Below are positions 1 through 13,463 of a DNA stretch of 64,000 bases, in pieces. The notes beneath the pieces were generated by a model. The model worked only from the letters and a program-made list of their open reading frames with translations. It had not been told where the DNA came from and made no database searches. Source of the DNA: Eledone cirrhosa (taxonomy: Eukaryota); NCBI GenBank assembly GCA_964016885.1, contig OZ024755.1, forward strand, positions 18,042,001-18,106,000, read 5' to 3'. Position 1 is the first letter of the stretch. Every line of letters begins with the position of its first letter. Made by a program: the position numbers and the translations under genes.

Positions 1-1288
1 CTAACCACTAAGCCATGTGCCTCCACTATTATATATATGTATAAAGCGGAAAATTGGCACAGCCATTAGAACACCAGATAGAATGCTCCGCTGTATTCAT
101 TCCAGCTCTCTACACTGAGTTCAAATCCCACCAAGGTCAACTTTGTTGTTCATCCTTTCGAGGTCAATAAAAAAAGAGTACCAGTCCAGTACTGGGATCA
201 ATTTTTCCTATACACATCTTTCTCACTTCCTCATTCTCTCTCTCTCCTTCACTGGAAGAAATCACCTGTGTTCAGAGAGACCTGGAGAGGAGATGGACTC
301 TGCCAGGGTTAAACTGCCCAAGAAACACCACCATGTGTCATCATGACACCCCTATAACTCCATCATGAGTTACAGGTCCTTACATGACACACTGTATCTC
401 ACTATGTCACCCCTACGACTTTATCAGGAGTTACAGGTCCATACAAGACACACTCTATGTCACCCCTATGACTTCATCAAGAGTTACAGCTCTATACATA
501 CATATGTGTATAAGTCCTGAGATTTTGGTTATATCTGTTTTAATCATTCCTAAATCATCTTAATATAGGGTTTGTTTCTGTGAAGACATATGACTTAGTA
601 ATTAAGGCCCCTTCAGCAGTGTTGTTAATTTTTTGATATACAAGATAATTGTAGAATATTCAACACTAAAATATGTCTGTCACAAGGGCTGTATTATAGG
701 GAAAAAAAGAGTCTATTAAGTGAAGCCATGGGACCTAGAAGTCATAGGGTTGTGAGTTTCATCCCCAGATTGGATGGCACATTGTATCCTTGAGTAAGAC
801 AATTAATTTCATGTTGCCCTAGTTCATTCAGCTGAAAATGAGTACCTGAGACATTTGGAGGTTAAATCTATGATGGAAAATCATCCCATCTGGTAGGGAG
901 TCTTATGCTTTCAGTTGTTTAACCCTTTAGCATTTAGCATGTAAATTGGCCATATCCGGCCAGAATGCTCCTACCTCTTTCTGTTCAAACCGGCCATAAT
1001 CAGCTGCTTATATTTATGTTAAGGTATTGTTCTCAAAATAAATAACATCAAAATCTCGTAGATTCGATATCATGTGGGATAATTTTGTGAGATAAAGTGT
1101 TTATTGTGAACATACAATAGTAAATATAGAGTCATGTAAATGCTAAAGGGTTAATGTTCATAAATCTGAGATAAGTTCTGGCCTTCGTCCACCCTTTGCA
1201 AGAATCAAAGAATGGACGTAGAACTTAAGATTCTCTCTCATACACTATTTAAACTTTATATTCAATCAAATTATACATAAACATACTA

Positions 1289-1645
1289 TCATCATCACCA
1301 TTTTACGTCCATTCTTCCACGCTAGCATGGTTTAGACAGGTTGTCCTGTTGTGGGCATTGCCCAGTCGACTGACCTTGTCTTGCTCATATGGGAGCCCTT
1401 CCTAATACCAACCTCATTTACAGTGAGTGGTGGGTGCTTTTTTGCTGTGGGAGGGGGTGGGGGCATATTGTCTATATGCTTCAGCTTCGGCTTGTACCCG
1501 TGGGAAGTAAGTCAGGTCTTCTGTATTACTGCATGACGCCAGAGATCACGGTCCTTTGAGAGGTGCAATTGGGTAAGGTCAGCTTTTATCACCTCATCCC
1601 AGGTCTTCTTGGGTCTCCCCACTCCACAGCTTCCATCGACTTGTC
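1289..1645 (-). mobile_element. RTE LINE 3' fragment
   Basis: Reverse complement of the 6340-6740 copy (GRPKKTWDEVIKADL, 3' UTR, (GAT)n tail). Confidence 0.8.
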
Positions 1646-1902
1646 AACTATATTTTATACAGTGATGGAAATATGAGAAAAAAAATGCTGAGGCCTCACA
1701 GTCCTTGCCTTTTCCCTCCCTTTCCTCTCATTTATGGCATTATAGTCCTCTCCTCTACTTTTCTATACAGCCAGATCTGCCCTTCTTTACCCCTTCCCAC
1801 TACTTAATTTTGTTATTATCTTTTTAAACTGTTTCCTATGTTCCATATCTTTGGTTAATGCTTTAATAAACTTTAAAAATATTTGTTTTGATTTTTCTAC
1901 AG

Positions 1903-1970
1903 AAAAGTACTGGAATATATTCTATTTACATTGCTTTTGGTAGCTGTTTAGGATCACTGGTCCTGGCAAG
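1903..1970 (+). CDS. SLC49A4: SLC49A4/DIRC2-like MFS transporter, internal exon (KSTGIYSIYIAFGSCLGSLVLAR)
   Basis: ttttctacag acceptor and AG|gtataa donor. The phase fits the exon at 6058. The peptide resembles the DIRC2 segment '[21 protein letters not shown]' (recalled, not aligned by tool). Confidence 0.8.
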
Positions 1971-3140
1971 GTATAATCATTTATTACTGATATTAATTAG
2001 CATCTTTTTAATTTCATCCCTAACCTTAACATCACCAGGTTCTGATTGAATGGTTAAGAAGTTTGCTTTACAATCATAGGAGCCCTGTAGAGTAATAATA
2101 GCTTTCACAGAGCTAAGATGCTATTGTAGAGTAATAATAGATTTCACTGAACTAAGATGCTATTGTAGAAAGTGAACAGTCTATGAGTCATGATATACAC
2201 ACATATAAATGCGTGCGTGTGTACGGAGGTGGAATGTCATGTAAGATGAAAACGTAGTACTAAATATAGAGTAATGTAAATGATAAAAGGTTAACTGTGG
2301 GAGGCAACCCACCAACTTCATAGCTACAAGTATCAAACCATTCTGAGATTTCAGATGTAGAAACCTCTTCTACGTCAGCAATGTTAATATTCTGTGAGAA
2401 TGTCACTGACTTATCTTTATTTCTAATAAAAATCATTGCTAATGTAACGGATGCTACTGACCTGTGTAATATTTATCACAGCTTGCTATGTCAGTTTGGA
2501 CAACTGGAAATATTGTTGATCAATGTTTTGACAACCTGTCTTAACCTAATAATAATCCAAACTTTTAAACCAGCTGAAATTATAGAATACTTCTCAGTGA
2601 CAATCACTTTTTATTTCTTCATTAAAACAGATGCAGTGAAGGGAACATGTAGGTTGTCATTTGACCTGCTAGAAATATCAGTTAAATCTCCCTCATATAA
2701 CACATTGAATACTGGCTCTCTCTGGTTCTTATGAAACCCATTATTAAGGGCGGTGAATTGGCAGTATCAGTAGAGGGTCGGACGCCATGCTTTCCAGCTT
2801 ACTTACGTCCCTTTACGGTCTGAGTTCAAATCCCGTCGAGGTTAACTTTGCCTTTCATCCTTACAGGGTCGATAAAATAAAGTACCAGTAATTTACTGGG
2901 TAATTGCTGGCCTTGTGCCAAAAGTAGAAACAATTATTAAGGGTTCTTATTTAACACTTTTGATACCAACCTGGCTAAAACTGGCACTGGTTCTATGAAA
3001 CAAAACCACCAATTATAAAGAATTCCTACTTAGATTAAAATCTTCAAACATATTTTATGTTACTATCTTTGTGATAAAATGATTAACAATTGTAGTTAAC
3101 CTCTAAAAATTCTTCAACAACTCTTTAGCATTTACATTAC

Positions 3141-4530
3141 ATGGCAGAAAGGATATTAGCACAACTAATTAGAGAAAGGGTCAAACTAGATGAGATGCAG
3201 TTTGGTTTTGTGCCTGGGAAGAGTACAACAGATGCCCTCTTCTTGGTGAGACAATTGCAAGAGAGGTTCTTAGAGAAAAATAAGCCACTATACTTAGCCT
3301 TTGTTGACCTAGAGAAGGCCTGATAGCGTACCCCGATCTGTCATCTGGTGGTCCCTAAGGAAACTAGGTGTTGAGGAATGGCTTGTGAGGACAGTGTAAA
3401 CTTTGTTCAGAGGTACTCTCAGTAAAGTCAGGGTAGGAATGGAGTTTAGTGAGGAATTCCAGATACAAGTAGGAGTACATCAAGGTTCGGTCCTCAGCCT
3501 GCTCTTGTTCATTATAGTCCTCCAAGCCATAACAGAGGAGCTGAAGACTGGCTGTCCATGGGAACTTCTCTATGCTGACGATCTGGTTCTTATAGCAGAA
3601 TCAGTAGAGGAGCTAGAGAATAAATTCTGGCTATGGAAACAGCAGTTGGAAGCAAGAGGACTGAGAGTGAACCTAGCTAACACAAAAGTGTTGATGAGTA
3701 GAAAAGAGGACAAAATTCTGATTCCGTCAGGGAAATGGCATAAATTCTATAAAATGCACACAATGCAGATCCTGGGTACACAAGAGATGTAGTGGGATAG
3801 CAGGCAAACTAACAGGTAGGGAGAAATATGTATGCAGTAGATGTACAGGGAAATTAGACAGTAGAAGTGGCATTGATAGACACATTTTTCAAATGCAGGA
3901 GGGTGCTATTGAAGTGGTGGATAGCGTCCGGTACCTAGGAGATCAGATTAGCATGGGAGGGGGGGGGGGTTCTGAGGCCATAGTATCTAGAATAAGGACG
4001 GGTTGGAAGAAGTTTAGGGAGCTGCTTCCTCTGCTGACGAAGAAGGGTTTCTCCCTGCGTACGAAAGGCCGGTTATATGATGCCTGTGTGAGGAGCGCAA
4101 TGCTGCATGGTAGTGAGACACGGGCAGCAACTGCAGAGGATATGCAATGGCTGGAGAGAAATGAGGCAAGCATGCTCCGTTGGATGTGCAGTGTAAATGT
4201 GCGTGAACGACCCAGCATGAATGTGTTGAGAGAGAAACTGTGTCTGAGAGGGATAGAATGTAGTGTACGGGAGAGGAGACTGAGGTGGTGGGGACATGTG
4301 ATGCGCATGGAGGATGATCGATGGGTGAAGAAGTGCCAGGAAATGCCAGTTGAAGGAAGACGTGGTAGAGGTAGACCACGAAAAACATGGGCGGAGGTGG
4401 TGAAACTGACCTCAGATCGTTGAAGCTCATGGTGGACCGTGATGAGTGGAGAGATGCTGTGCTGAATAAGACCCGTCCCACCCTTGCAAGCAGGGAAGAG
4501 CGGACGTAAAATGATGATGATGATGATGAT
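3141..4530 (+). mobile_element. 5'-truncated, frameshifted RTE-clade LINE (reverse transcriptase to 3' end)
   Basis: ORF pieces with RT motifs QFGF..GKST, FVDLEKA, GVHQGSVLS, LLYADD and RRLRWWGHVMRM...GRPRKTW. Ends in a (GAT)n tail. Contains stops and frameshifts. Confidence 0.92.
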
Positions 4531-6057
4531 TACTCTATATTTACTATTGTATTTTCACAGTAAAGGCTTTACCTCACATAATTATCTCACATAATATTGA
4601 ATCTATGAGATTTTGATATTATTTATTTTGAGAACAATACCTTAACATCAGTATATATGGCCGGTTATGGCCAGTTTGAACAAAAAGAAGAGAGGGAATT
4701 CTGGCCGGATATGGCCAGTTTAAATGCTAAAGGGTTAATCATCAGAAATACAGTCACAAAATGGTTAAATATCCTCATCCTCATCATCAGGTATTGGTTG
4801 CTCTGAACAGCTTAAATACCAGAAGTGCTCTAATGTTATCCAAGGTTAATTACAGGGAGCCTCTGTAGGATTCAAGCTACAAATACAAAAGGTTGAAACA
4901 AATACAACCAGGCACCCCATCAAGTACTCTAAAGATTTTGCCAGTCCACCACCCTAGATTTGTCAACTTCGAAAGGATGAAAGACAATGTTTACTTCAGG
5001 AGGATTTGAACTCAGAACACAAAGACCCAGAAAAAATACCACAATGTATTTTGTCCGAGGCTCTACCGACTACCAATTTCCTACCTTTCTTAAATATATT
5101 GTCTCTGAGAACAAGAAAGATGGTATGGTCATGATTGGAATGTCAAATTTCTCTCATGTCAGACAACTGTTTTAAAAAATGAAAAAGATACATTGCATAA
5201 TGTAGTCTTAGATACACTATGTCTGCAAAAATAAGGAAGAAGGGATAGCTTATCTAGAATTAAGCAATAACAGACATGCAGTCTGACCCAGTATCTCAGG
5301 CCCCAAATAAACAATTGTAAATGCTTTTAGTAATAAAATACACTGCTGACATATTTCAATTAATTTTAAAAATAAGCCAAAATTTGCAAGGATTTAGTGA
5401 TATACCTAACTTTTTCATTATTAAACTGGTATTTGAAATGTAATTTATATAAACATTATGATGGAAAGTTGAAGTTTAACTCTTTAGCATTTAAACCGGC
5501 AACTCATACTGATGTTAAGGTATTGTTCTCAAAATAACATCAATATCTCATAGATTTGATATTATGCGAGATAATTATGTACAATAAAGCATTTACCACA
5601 AAAATACAATAGTATATATAGAGTAATGTAAAAGCTAAAGGGTTAAATATAAACATTTTAAAACAAACAGCTTATATCATATTACATATATGATATACAA
5701 GTACACATGCACATATATATATATATATACACACAAATATATAATCATTGTCATCATATATTAGCTTTTGATGGTGACATGCATTGAATGGGATGTTACA
5801 GTTTAAGTCAGTTCTTATTTGGAGTTACACAAGAAGATATGTACATATATTTTATATAACGGGCACAACAATAACCTCACTAGTGGTGGGCTCACGATAA
5901 AATGTTCCCAGTATAGTTAGTAAAGTGGTTGGCTCTACCAACATTGTATATGAATGTGGTTTGTCAGTGTATGTATCAAATATAAAAGAAATTATTAGTG
6001 ACAAATATTTGTGATCTTGTCAGTAATACTATGTATCATGCTATTTTATTTATCCAG

Positions 6058-6176
6058 AATATCTGACATGTTTGTCAACTATACCAAAACATTCCTTATT
6101 GGTCTTATCACTATCTCCATTGTACTCCTCACATGGTTTCAGTTGATGTATGAAAATGTGATCCCTTTGACACATG
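6058..6176 (+). CDS. SLC49A4: SLC49A4/DIRC2-like internal exon (ISDMFVNYTKTFLIGLITISIVLLTWFQLMYENVIPLTH)
   Basis: tatccag acceptor and G|gtaagt donor. Open frame is phase-compatible on both sides and encodes a hydrophobic TM helix ending in TWF as in DIRC2. Confidence 0.85.
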
Positions 6177-6199
6177 GTAAGTGAACATTTATAACTATG

Positions 6200-6742
6200 T
6201 AGATAGTAATATACGCGAACAGCAAAGCATCAATGAATTGAGAGAGAGACTGAGCATAAGAGGAATCAAAAGCTGTGTGCGTTGGTATGGACATGTGATG
6301 CGTATGAAGAATGACAGCTGCATAAAAAGGTGCAGAGCACTAGAAGTCGATGGAAGCCGCGGAGTGGGGAGACCCAAGAAGACCTGGGATGAGGTGATAA
6401 AAGCTGACCTTACCCAATTACACCTCTCAAAGGCGATGACACACGACCGTGACCTCTGGTGTCATGCAGTAATACAGAAGACCCGACCCCCCACGGGTAC
6501 AAGCCAAAGCTGAAGCATATAGACAATATGCCCCCACCTCCTCCCACTGCAAAGTGGTCGTGGAGGTGCCATGGAAAAAAAGCATCCAGCACTCACTGTA
6601 AATGAGGTTAGTGTTAGGAAGGGCATCCAGCTGTAGAAATCAAGCCAGAGTCAGCCGACCGGACACTGCCCACAATAGGATAACCCATCTAACCCATGCT
6701 AGCGTGGAAGAACGGACGTAAAACGGTGATGATGATGATGAT
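6200..6742 (+). mobile_element. RTE LINE 3' fragment, inserted about 25 bp downstream of an SLC49A4 splice donor
   Basis: RWYGHVMRM...GRPKKTW peptide, 3' UTR 'ggaagggcatccagctgtagaaa' and (GAT)n tail. Confidence 0.85.
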
Positions 6743-7963
6743 CCAATGGTCAGAGGTGGTGAAAGGACTCTCCAGTATGGCTGAGAATAGGAAAACCCCT
6801 CTAATGCTGGTGCCATCATAAGATGCACCCAATACACCATGTAAAATGTTTGGTGATTGAAGCGTCCTCTCAAATCCCATTCAGTCTAGTGAAGCATATG
6901 ACAACTTCTCTAATGCTGGTGCAATGATAGAATGTACTCAATACACATGTAAAATGTGATTGAAGAGTCCTCTCAAATCCCATACTGTCTCCATTCAGGA
7001 ATGTACTCAATATACTATGTAACATGTTTGGTGATTGAATAGAGGCAAAATGGGATTTGAGAATACTCTTCTGTCTGGTGAAGTAATATAACTTCTCTAA
7101 TGCTGGTGCCATGATAAAATATATCCCAGTAAAGTGGCAGTAGAGATGCCACGATACAATACACCCAATACATCCATGTATAGAAACCATGCCAAATATG
7201 AAATGTAAACCCATGCCAGTATGGAAAGCAGATGTAAAATGACCTTAACCCTTTAGTGTTTAAACTGGCCCAAACCAGCCAGAATTCTCTACCTCTTTCT
7301 GTTGAAACTGGCTGTAACTGGTCGCTCAAACTGATGTTAAGGTATTATTCTCAAAATAAATACTTTCAGAATCTCATAGATTCAATATTATGTGAGGTAA
7401 AGCCTTTATCATGAAAATATAATAGTATATATATAATAATGTGAATGCTAAAGGGTTAAAATGGTTGTTGTTCTGTCGTAAGATGTGATTGAAAGGGTTG
7501 GCACCATGAAGAGCATCTGGCCATAAAACATTGCATCAAAAAGGACCCCATGATGAGTATGAAGCGGGGGGGGGGGGGGCATGGCTAACTTTTGCCCTAA
7601 TGAGTAAAATGGCCTTAGAATATTTGTTGTATTGTCTGGCTCTTGTTCTAGGTCAGTGGATTGGCAGAGCAGAATCAGTAGAGCTTCGGGCAAGATACTT
7701 TACTGTACGTCATTATGGATATTTTACAATCTGAGTTCAAATCCTGCCAAGGTCAATTTTGCCTTTTATCCTTCTGGGGTTAATATAAAGTACCAGTTAA
7801 GTACTGAGGTTGATAAAATAAAATACCAGTCAAGTTCTGGGGTCCATTTAACTAACTTACCCTGCCACCTAAATTGCTGGCCTTGTGCCTAAACTAGAAA
7901 CAAAACTTTCAATCTTCTGTTTTCAGTAAAATTTTGACTCTTTTGTTGTTTGTTTCTTTCCAG

Positions 7964-8146
7964 TTCAGCTGACCATATCAATAACGTTGTCCATGATATT
8001 CCTTACATCAATGTATCCAATTCTTTATGAAATGAGTTCCGAAGCAGCGTTCCCTATTGCAGAAGGGGTTGCTAATGGAGTTATAAACCTTGTCTCTAAT
8101 GCCGTGTCTTTGGTTTTCTTTTTAATTCTTATGATACCAAATATTG
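7964..8146 (+). CDS. SLC49A4: SLC49A4/DIRC2-like penultimate exon (QLTISITLSMIFLTSMYPILYEMSSEAAFPIAEGVANGVINLVSNAVSLVFFLILMIPNIG)
   Basis: tttctttccag acceptor and G|gtaagt donor. Carries the PI.(Y/F)E...E..(Y/F)P..EG motif typical of SLC49/FLVCR-family MFS C-terminal halves. Confidence 0.9.
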
Positions 8147-8887
8147 GTAAGTTATAAAACTATATATTTCACATCATCAATAATGTGTAAACTATATTCT
8201 ACACAATAAAGTGTGTGTGTGTGCGTAACTACAGTTTATTACTATCATCATCACTGTTTAATGTCCATTTTCCATACTAGAATGGGTTAGACTAGTTGAC
8301 CTGTTATGAAACAAGTCAGTCGATCTGGTTTGGTTTCTACAGTTGAATGCGCTTCCTAACACCAACCACATTTACAGCTGGCTTTGTGCCTAAATTAGAT
8401 ACAAATATAACCTAATTCTACAAAACTTCCATGTTTCCTGAAATTCTCCAACACTACACCTTCCTTTAAAACTCCCATCTTTCCCGAAATTCGCCGACAG
8501 TACACCATCCTTCCTGAAATTCGCCAACGCTACACCTGATATCCCCCCCCCCCACCCTCCCAACAAAAAAAAATAAAACACACATGCATGTGTCTATGTG
8601 TACATCATGACTCTTACACTGTTAACTTTCCTGACATTTGTACATTATTCTATGGATTGGCAGTATCAGTAGAGTGTTAGACAACATGCTATGCAGCATA
8701 GAGATAGGCCCTTTATGATCTGAGTTCAAATCCCGCCGAGGTTAACTTTGCCTTTCATCCTTACAGGGTGAATAAAATAAAGGACCAATAATACACAGGG
8801 ATAATTGCTGGCCATGTGCCAAAAGAATTATTCTATGTCCTATACATACACCTTTGATGAGTTGTAGTATACAATAATTTTCATTAT

Positions 8888-9077
8888 GGCGGTGGATTGG
8901 CAGTATCGGTGGAGGGTCGGACGCCATGCTTTCCAGCATAGTTACGTCCCTTTACGATCTGAGTTCAAATCCCGCCGAGGTTGACTTTGCCTTTCATCCT
9001 TACGGGGTCGATAAAATAAAGTACCAGTAATGCACTGGATAATTGCTGGCCTTGTGCCTAAAGTAGAAACAATTATT
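8888..9077 (+). mobile_element. tRNA-derived SINE family 1 (~190 bp); representative of ~20 copies
   Basis: A-box tggcagtatcgg, B-box gagttcaaatcc, central gcctttcatccttacggggtcgataaaataaagtaccag (resembles the Deu/Nin-type core, recalled) and (ATT)n tail. Copies near 45, 2748, 4900(-), 7655, 8654, 10028, 10426, 11575(-), 12370, 17612(-), 17925, 25625(-), 25905(-), 26050(-), 31513(-), 35320(-), 35718, 41820(-), 51600(-), 52368 and 53280. Confidence 0.9.
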
Positions 9078-9126
9078 TTTATAAATACATTACTTTCTGA
9101 TCCTTAAATTTCTTTTATTGTTTCAG

Positions 9127-9248
9127 GAATTTCATGGATGAATTGGACACTGCTATCCTATGTCATTTTAATTCTACCAATCATTTGTTCATTCTCAAGT
9201 AAATTTCATCGCATAGAAATTGATAAGGAGCATTTAGCTCCCGACTAA
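9127..9248 (+). CDS. SLC49A4: SLC49A4/DIRC2-like terminal coding exon ([40 protein letters not shown])
   Basis: ttgtttcag acceptor and in-frame TAA at 9246-9248. SW.NW and R...D motifs match the DIRC2 C-terminus. Confidence 0.9.
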
Positions 9249-9920
9249 ACCGAATCTGTTTGTCAAGGTAGTGGAATCCTAGTCTTACCTCGAAAGTGGT
9301 GGTATATATATATATATATATATATGTGCGTACATGTATATATATATATATATGTGCGTACATGTATATATATATATATATATGTGCGTACATGTATATA
9401 TATATATATATGTGCGTACATGTATATATATATATATATGTGCGTACATGTATATATATATATATATGTGCGTACATGTATATATATATATGTGCGTACA
9501 TGTATATGTATATATGTGTGCGTGCATGTATATATATGTGCGTGCGTGTATATATATGTGCGTGCGTGTATATATATATGCGTGCGTGTATATATATATA
9601 TATATATATATGTGCACATGTATATATATATATATATATGTGCATGCATGTATATATATATATGTATATATATATATGTGCGTGTATATATATATATATA
9701 TATATATGTATTTTTTTTTTTTTTAAAATAGGGGTACACACAGGACAAAGACAATGGAAAAATGGACATATATATATATATACATGTATGTGTGTGTAGT
9801 GTATATATTAATATATTAACAGAGGTGTACAAACCATACATACATCCACAGATTGAACACTTAATACATATAGCAGAGTAATGGATGTGTGTGCGTGTGT
9901 CTGTATGTATGTGTACACAC

Positions 9921-9956
<36 letters not shown>

Positions 9957-12274
9957 ATTTGTGTGAGTGGTTTGCTGTTTATTCCAAGTGTACTTTTCAT
10001 ATTATTAACGGTGGTGGTGGTGGTGGTGGTTTGGCAGAATCGGTAGAGTGTCGGACATCATGCTTTGTGTTCTGAGTTCAAATCCCGCTGAGGTTAGCTT
10101 TGCCTTTCATCTTTACAGAGTTGACATAATAAAGCACCAGTTATACACTGGGGTCAATTTAAACCTTTAGCATTTACTATAGTATTTTCACAGTGATAGC
10201 ACCTCACATATTTATCTCATATGATATCGAATCTATGAGATTTTGATATTATTTATTTTTAGAACAATACCTTAACATCAGTATGAGCAGTTAGTTATGG
10301 CTGGTTTGAACAGAAAGAGATGAGAATTCTGGCCGGATATTGCCAGTTTAAATGCTAAAGGGTTAATCAACTTTCCCCATCCCCCAAAATTGCTGGCCTT
10401 GTGCCTAATGTAGAAACCATTATTAGTGGTGGATTGGCAGTATCGGTAGAGAGTCAGACGCCATGCTTTTCAGCATAGAGTTGCGTCCCTTTACGGTCTG
10501 GGTTCAAATCCCGCCGAGGTTAACTTTGTTTTATCAACCCCCGTAAGGATGAAAGGCAAAGTACCAGTAATGTACTGGGTAATTGCAGGCCTTGTAAGGA
10601 TGAAAGGCAAAGTAATAATAATAAGTAGAAACAATTATTATTATTATTACTTTGCCTTTCATCCTTACGGGGGTCGATAAAATAAAGTACCAGTAATACA
10701 CTGGGTAATTGCTGGCCTTGTGCCAAAAGTAGAAACAATTATTGTTGCTGAAATGAAAAAATATAGTAAAAAGCAGGTGAATGAAAAACTGAGGTGCTTT
10801 GATGAAACATTTCTGATCCATGATAGGTACATTCCTATTTGTGCCTTATTTCACCTAACTCAGAGAAATAAATATCTCAATTGTGCCATATTAACCCATT
10901 GCCAGGCCCTGCGGCTTTCATGTATTACAACCACTTTGTATATTCTGATACTGTCCATAAGAAAACTAACTGAAATTCACTAATACAAATTTTTATGTAT
11001 AAAATGATGATGTATGAAAGTACTTGTCCACTTTCTTTTGTTTTAATATATTTTTAACAAATGAAGCAATTACAATTTTTTATTTCTAAATCATTTTGTA
11101 ATTTATTATCATTTCACATTGTTTAAATTCAGATTTGTTATCAAAAAATGAAAATGAAACAGAAAATTCCAACATAAATTTATTTATATATATTAATAAA
11201 ATATTTGAAAAGTTATGTTTAGAGATTTTTTTGTATGTGTGTGTAGTATGACTTAACACTTTAGTATTTATTATATATGTTATTCTATATATACTATTGT
11301 ATTTTGCCAGTCAGGGCTTTATCTTACATAATTATCTCACATAATATAGAATCTATGAGATTTTGATGTTATTTATCTTTAGAACAACACCTTAATGTTG
11401 GTATGAGTGTCCTGTCATAGCCAGTTTGAACAGAAAAAGGTGACAGAATTCTGGCCAGATACAGCCAGTTTAAATGGACAGAATACAACATGGTGTTTGT
11501 TCAGGCTATCTGCACTTTGAATTCAAAGAATGCAAAAGTCAACTTTGCTTTTCATCCTTTCACAGTCGATAAATAATGGTTTCTTATATAGGCACAAGGC
11601 CAGCAATTTTGGGGGAGGGGAAAGTCGATTAAATCGACCCCAGTGTGTGACTGGTACTTTATTTTATCGACCACATAAGGATGAAAGGCAAAGTTAACCT
11701 CGGCGGGATTTGAAATCAGATAGTAAAGGGCCGTAACTCTATGCTGCAAAGCATGGTGTCCGACTCTCTACCCACCGCCCTCACAGTCGATAAATAATGG
11801 GATTGATTCTTCTTCTATATCTCTTTCACACTTCCTCTCTATCACGTTATCTCTCTCTCATATATATAACGAAGGAAATGTGGTAAGGAACCAGATGGAC
11901 CATAATGCACCAAAGTACTCAATACTTAGGGTAGTAGAGTGGGTAATAGGAACTATAGTGGGGTCCTACTCGTTCCTATATATATATGAGGCAATGACAC
12001 AGGGCCAAGACCTCTAGTGTTACACAGTAATACAGAAGACCCGACCTCCCATGGGTACAAGCTGAAGCATATAGACAGTATGCCCCCACTGTAAAGTGGT
12101 TGTGTCGGTGCCACGGTAAAAAAGCACCCAGTACTCACTGTAAATGAGGTTGGTGTTAGGAAGAGTGTGGAAGAATGGACATAAAATGATGATGATGATA
12201 TATATATATATATATGCACATATACATATATACTATTATATGCAAATACATACATATATATATATATATATATA

Positions 12275-12327
12275 GGGATTCCTGATGATTTCTAAAGAAT
12301 GAAACAGTTCTAGTCCTGTAGAATCTC
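12275..12327 (+). ncRNA. Type I hammerhead ribozyme motif (family A)
   Basis: GGGAUUC-CUGAUGA-UUUCUAAAGAAU-GAAA-CAG(uucuaguc)CUG-UA-GAAUCUC: 7-bp stem I, intact core, stem III and GUA cleavage triplet. Stem II has a non-canonical U-U closure. Confidence 0.75.
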
Positions 12328-12328
12328 A

Positions 12329-12368
<40 letters not shown>

Positions 12369-13463
12369 TGTGGCGAATTGGCAAAGTCGTTAAGAAGTCG
12401 GATAGAATGCTTTACGGTGTTTGTCCCACCTCATAGCGTGCTCTGAGTTCAAATCCTGTTGTGATCAACTTTGCCTTTCATCCTTTCGAGGTCTATAAAA
12501 AAGTACCAGTCCTGTACTGGGGTCGATTCTTCCTCTATAGAAAAAAAATCGACTGTGTTCAGACCTGTGTTCGGACAGATAGATACTAGATAGATAGAAA
12601 GATACGCAGACAGACAGACAGACCGACCGACAAATAAAAAGACAGATGAGTGAGTAGGTGGTAGCATGTTGTGTTCAATACAACATTATCATTTGTAGCT
12701 GAAAGGTAAAACAACTCCATTTTGAATTGAGCTTCTGTAATGCAGAGGAATTAAAGTAAAAAGAAAAGAATTGAAAATGATTTAAACTTCAATAGTAATT
12801 ATTTTAAACTTAAAATGAAAACAACAACAACAAGAAATGGAAGCAGAGGCTCCTATTTGAATAACAGAAGGGAATGTTCCAGACACCTTGAAGCAAATAT
12901 CAATGGTTGCATTGTATTTTGTCACCGAGGCAAATTTATTTCAATTTTTCTTTTCAAATTTGGAGATCGCCAACATCAACATCACCACCACCATTATCAC
13001 ACTGCCACCATCATTATTATCATAATCACCACCATCACCCTCATATCAACGCTGCCACTGTCACCACCACCACCACACCACCACCACCACCACCACCACC
13101 ACCATCATCATCACTACACTATCCTAACCACCACCACCATTGTTTATATGAAGCATTGTGAGATATATAGTTTAAATTGTTTTAGAAAAGCTGGTACAAT
13201 TCGATCTAAAAGTAAGGGGTTGAAAACGAAAGTGAAAGTGAAAGTGAAACAAACAAAACAACAGCTGACATTTTGACTTTATATGTCCTGATATTTCAGG
13301 GTTAAAACTTTTATTCAAATGAAAATAGAATATGATAGTGGTGGTAGTGGTGGTGGTGGCAATGGTGGTGGTAGCAGTGGCAGTGGCAGTGAGCTCCTTT
13401 GTAGAGATATTTGAAGAGAGAATAGTTGTTACATGTGGAGGTTGACATAGTTACAATAGCCCT

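Noticed and set aside
2381-2734. 117-aa ORF in an SLC49A4 intron
   Set aside because: No recognisable motif or splice signals, and it overlaps a small repeat fragment.
9181-10000. I/Y/H/M/C-rich ORFs here and at 26-28 kb and 44.8-45.3 kb
   Set aside because: (TA)n-derived microsatellite translations.
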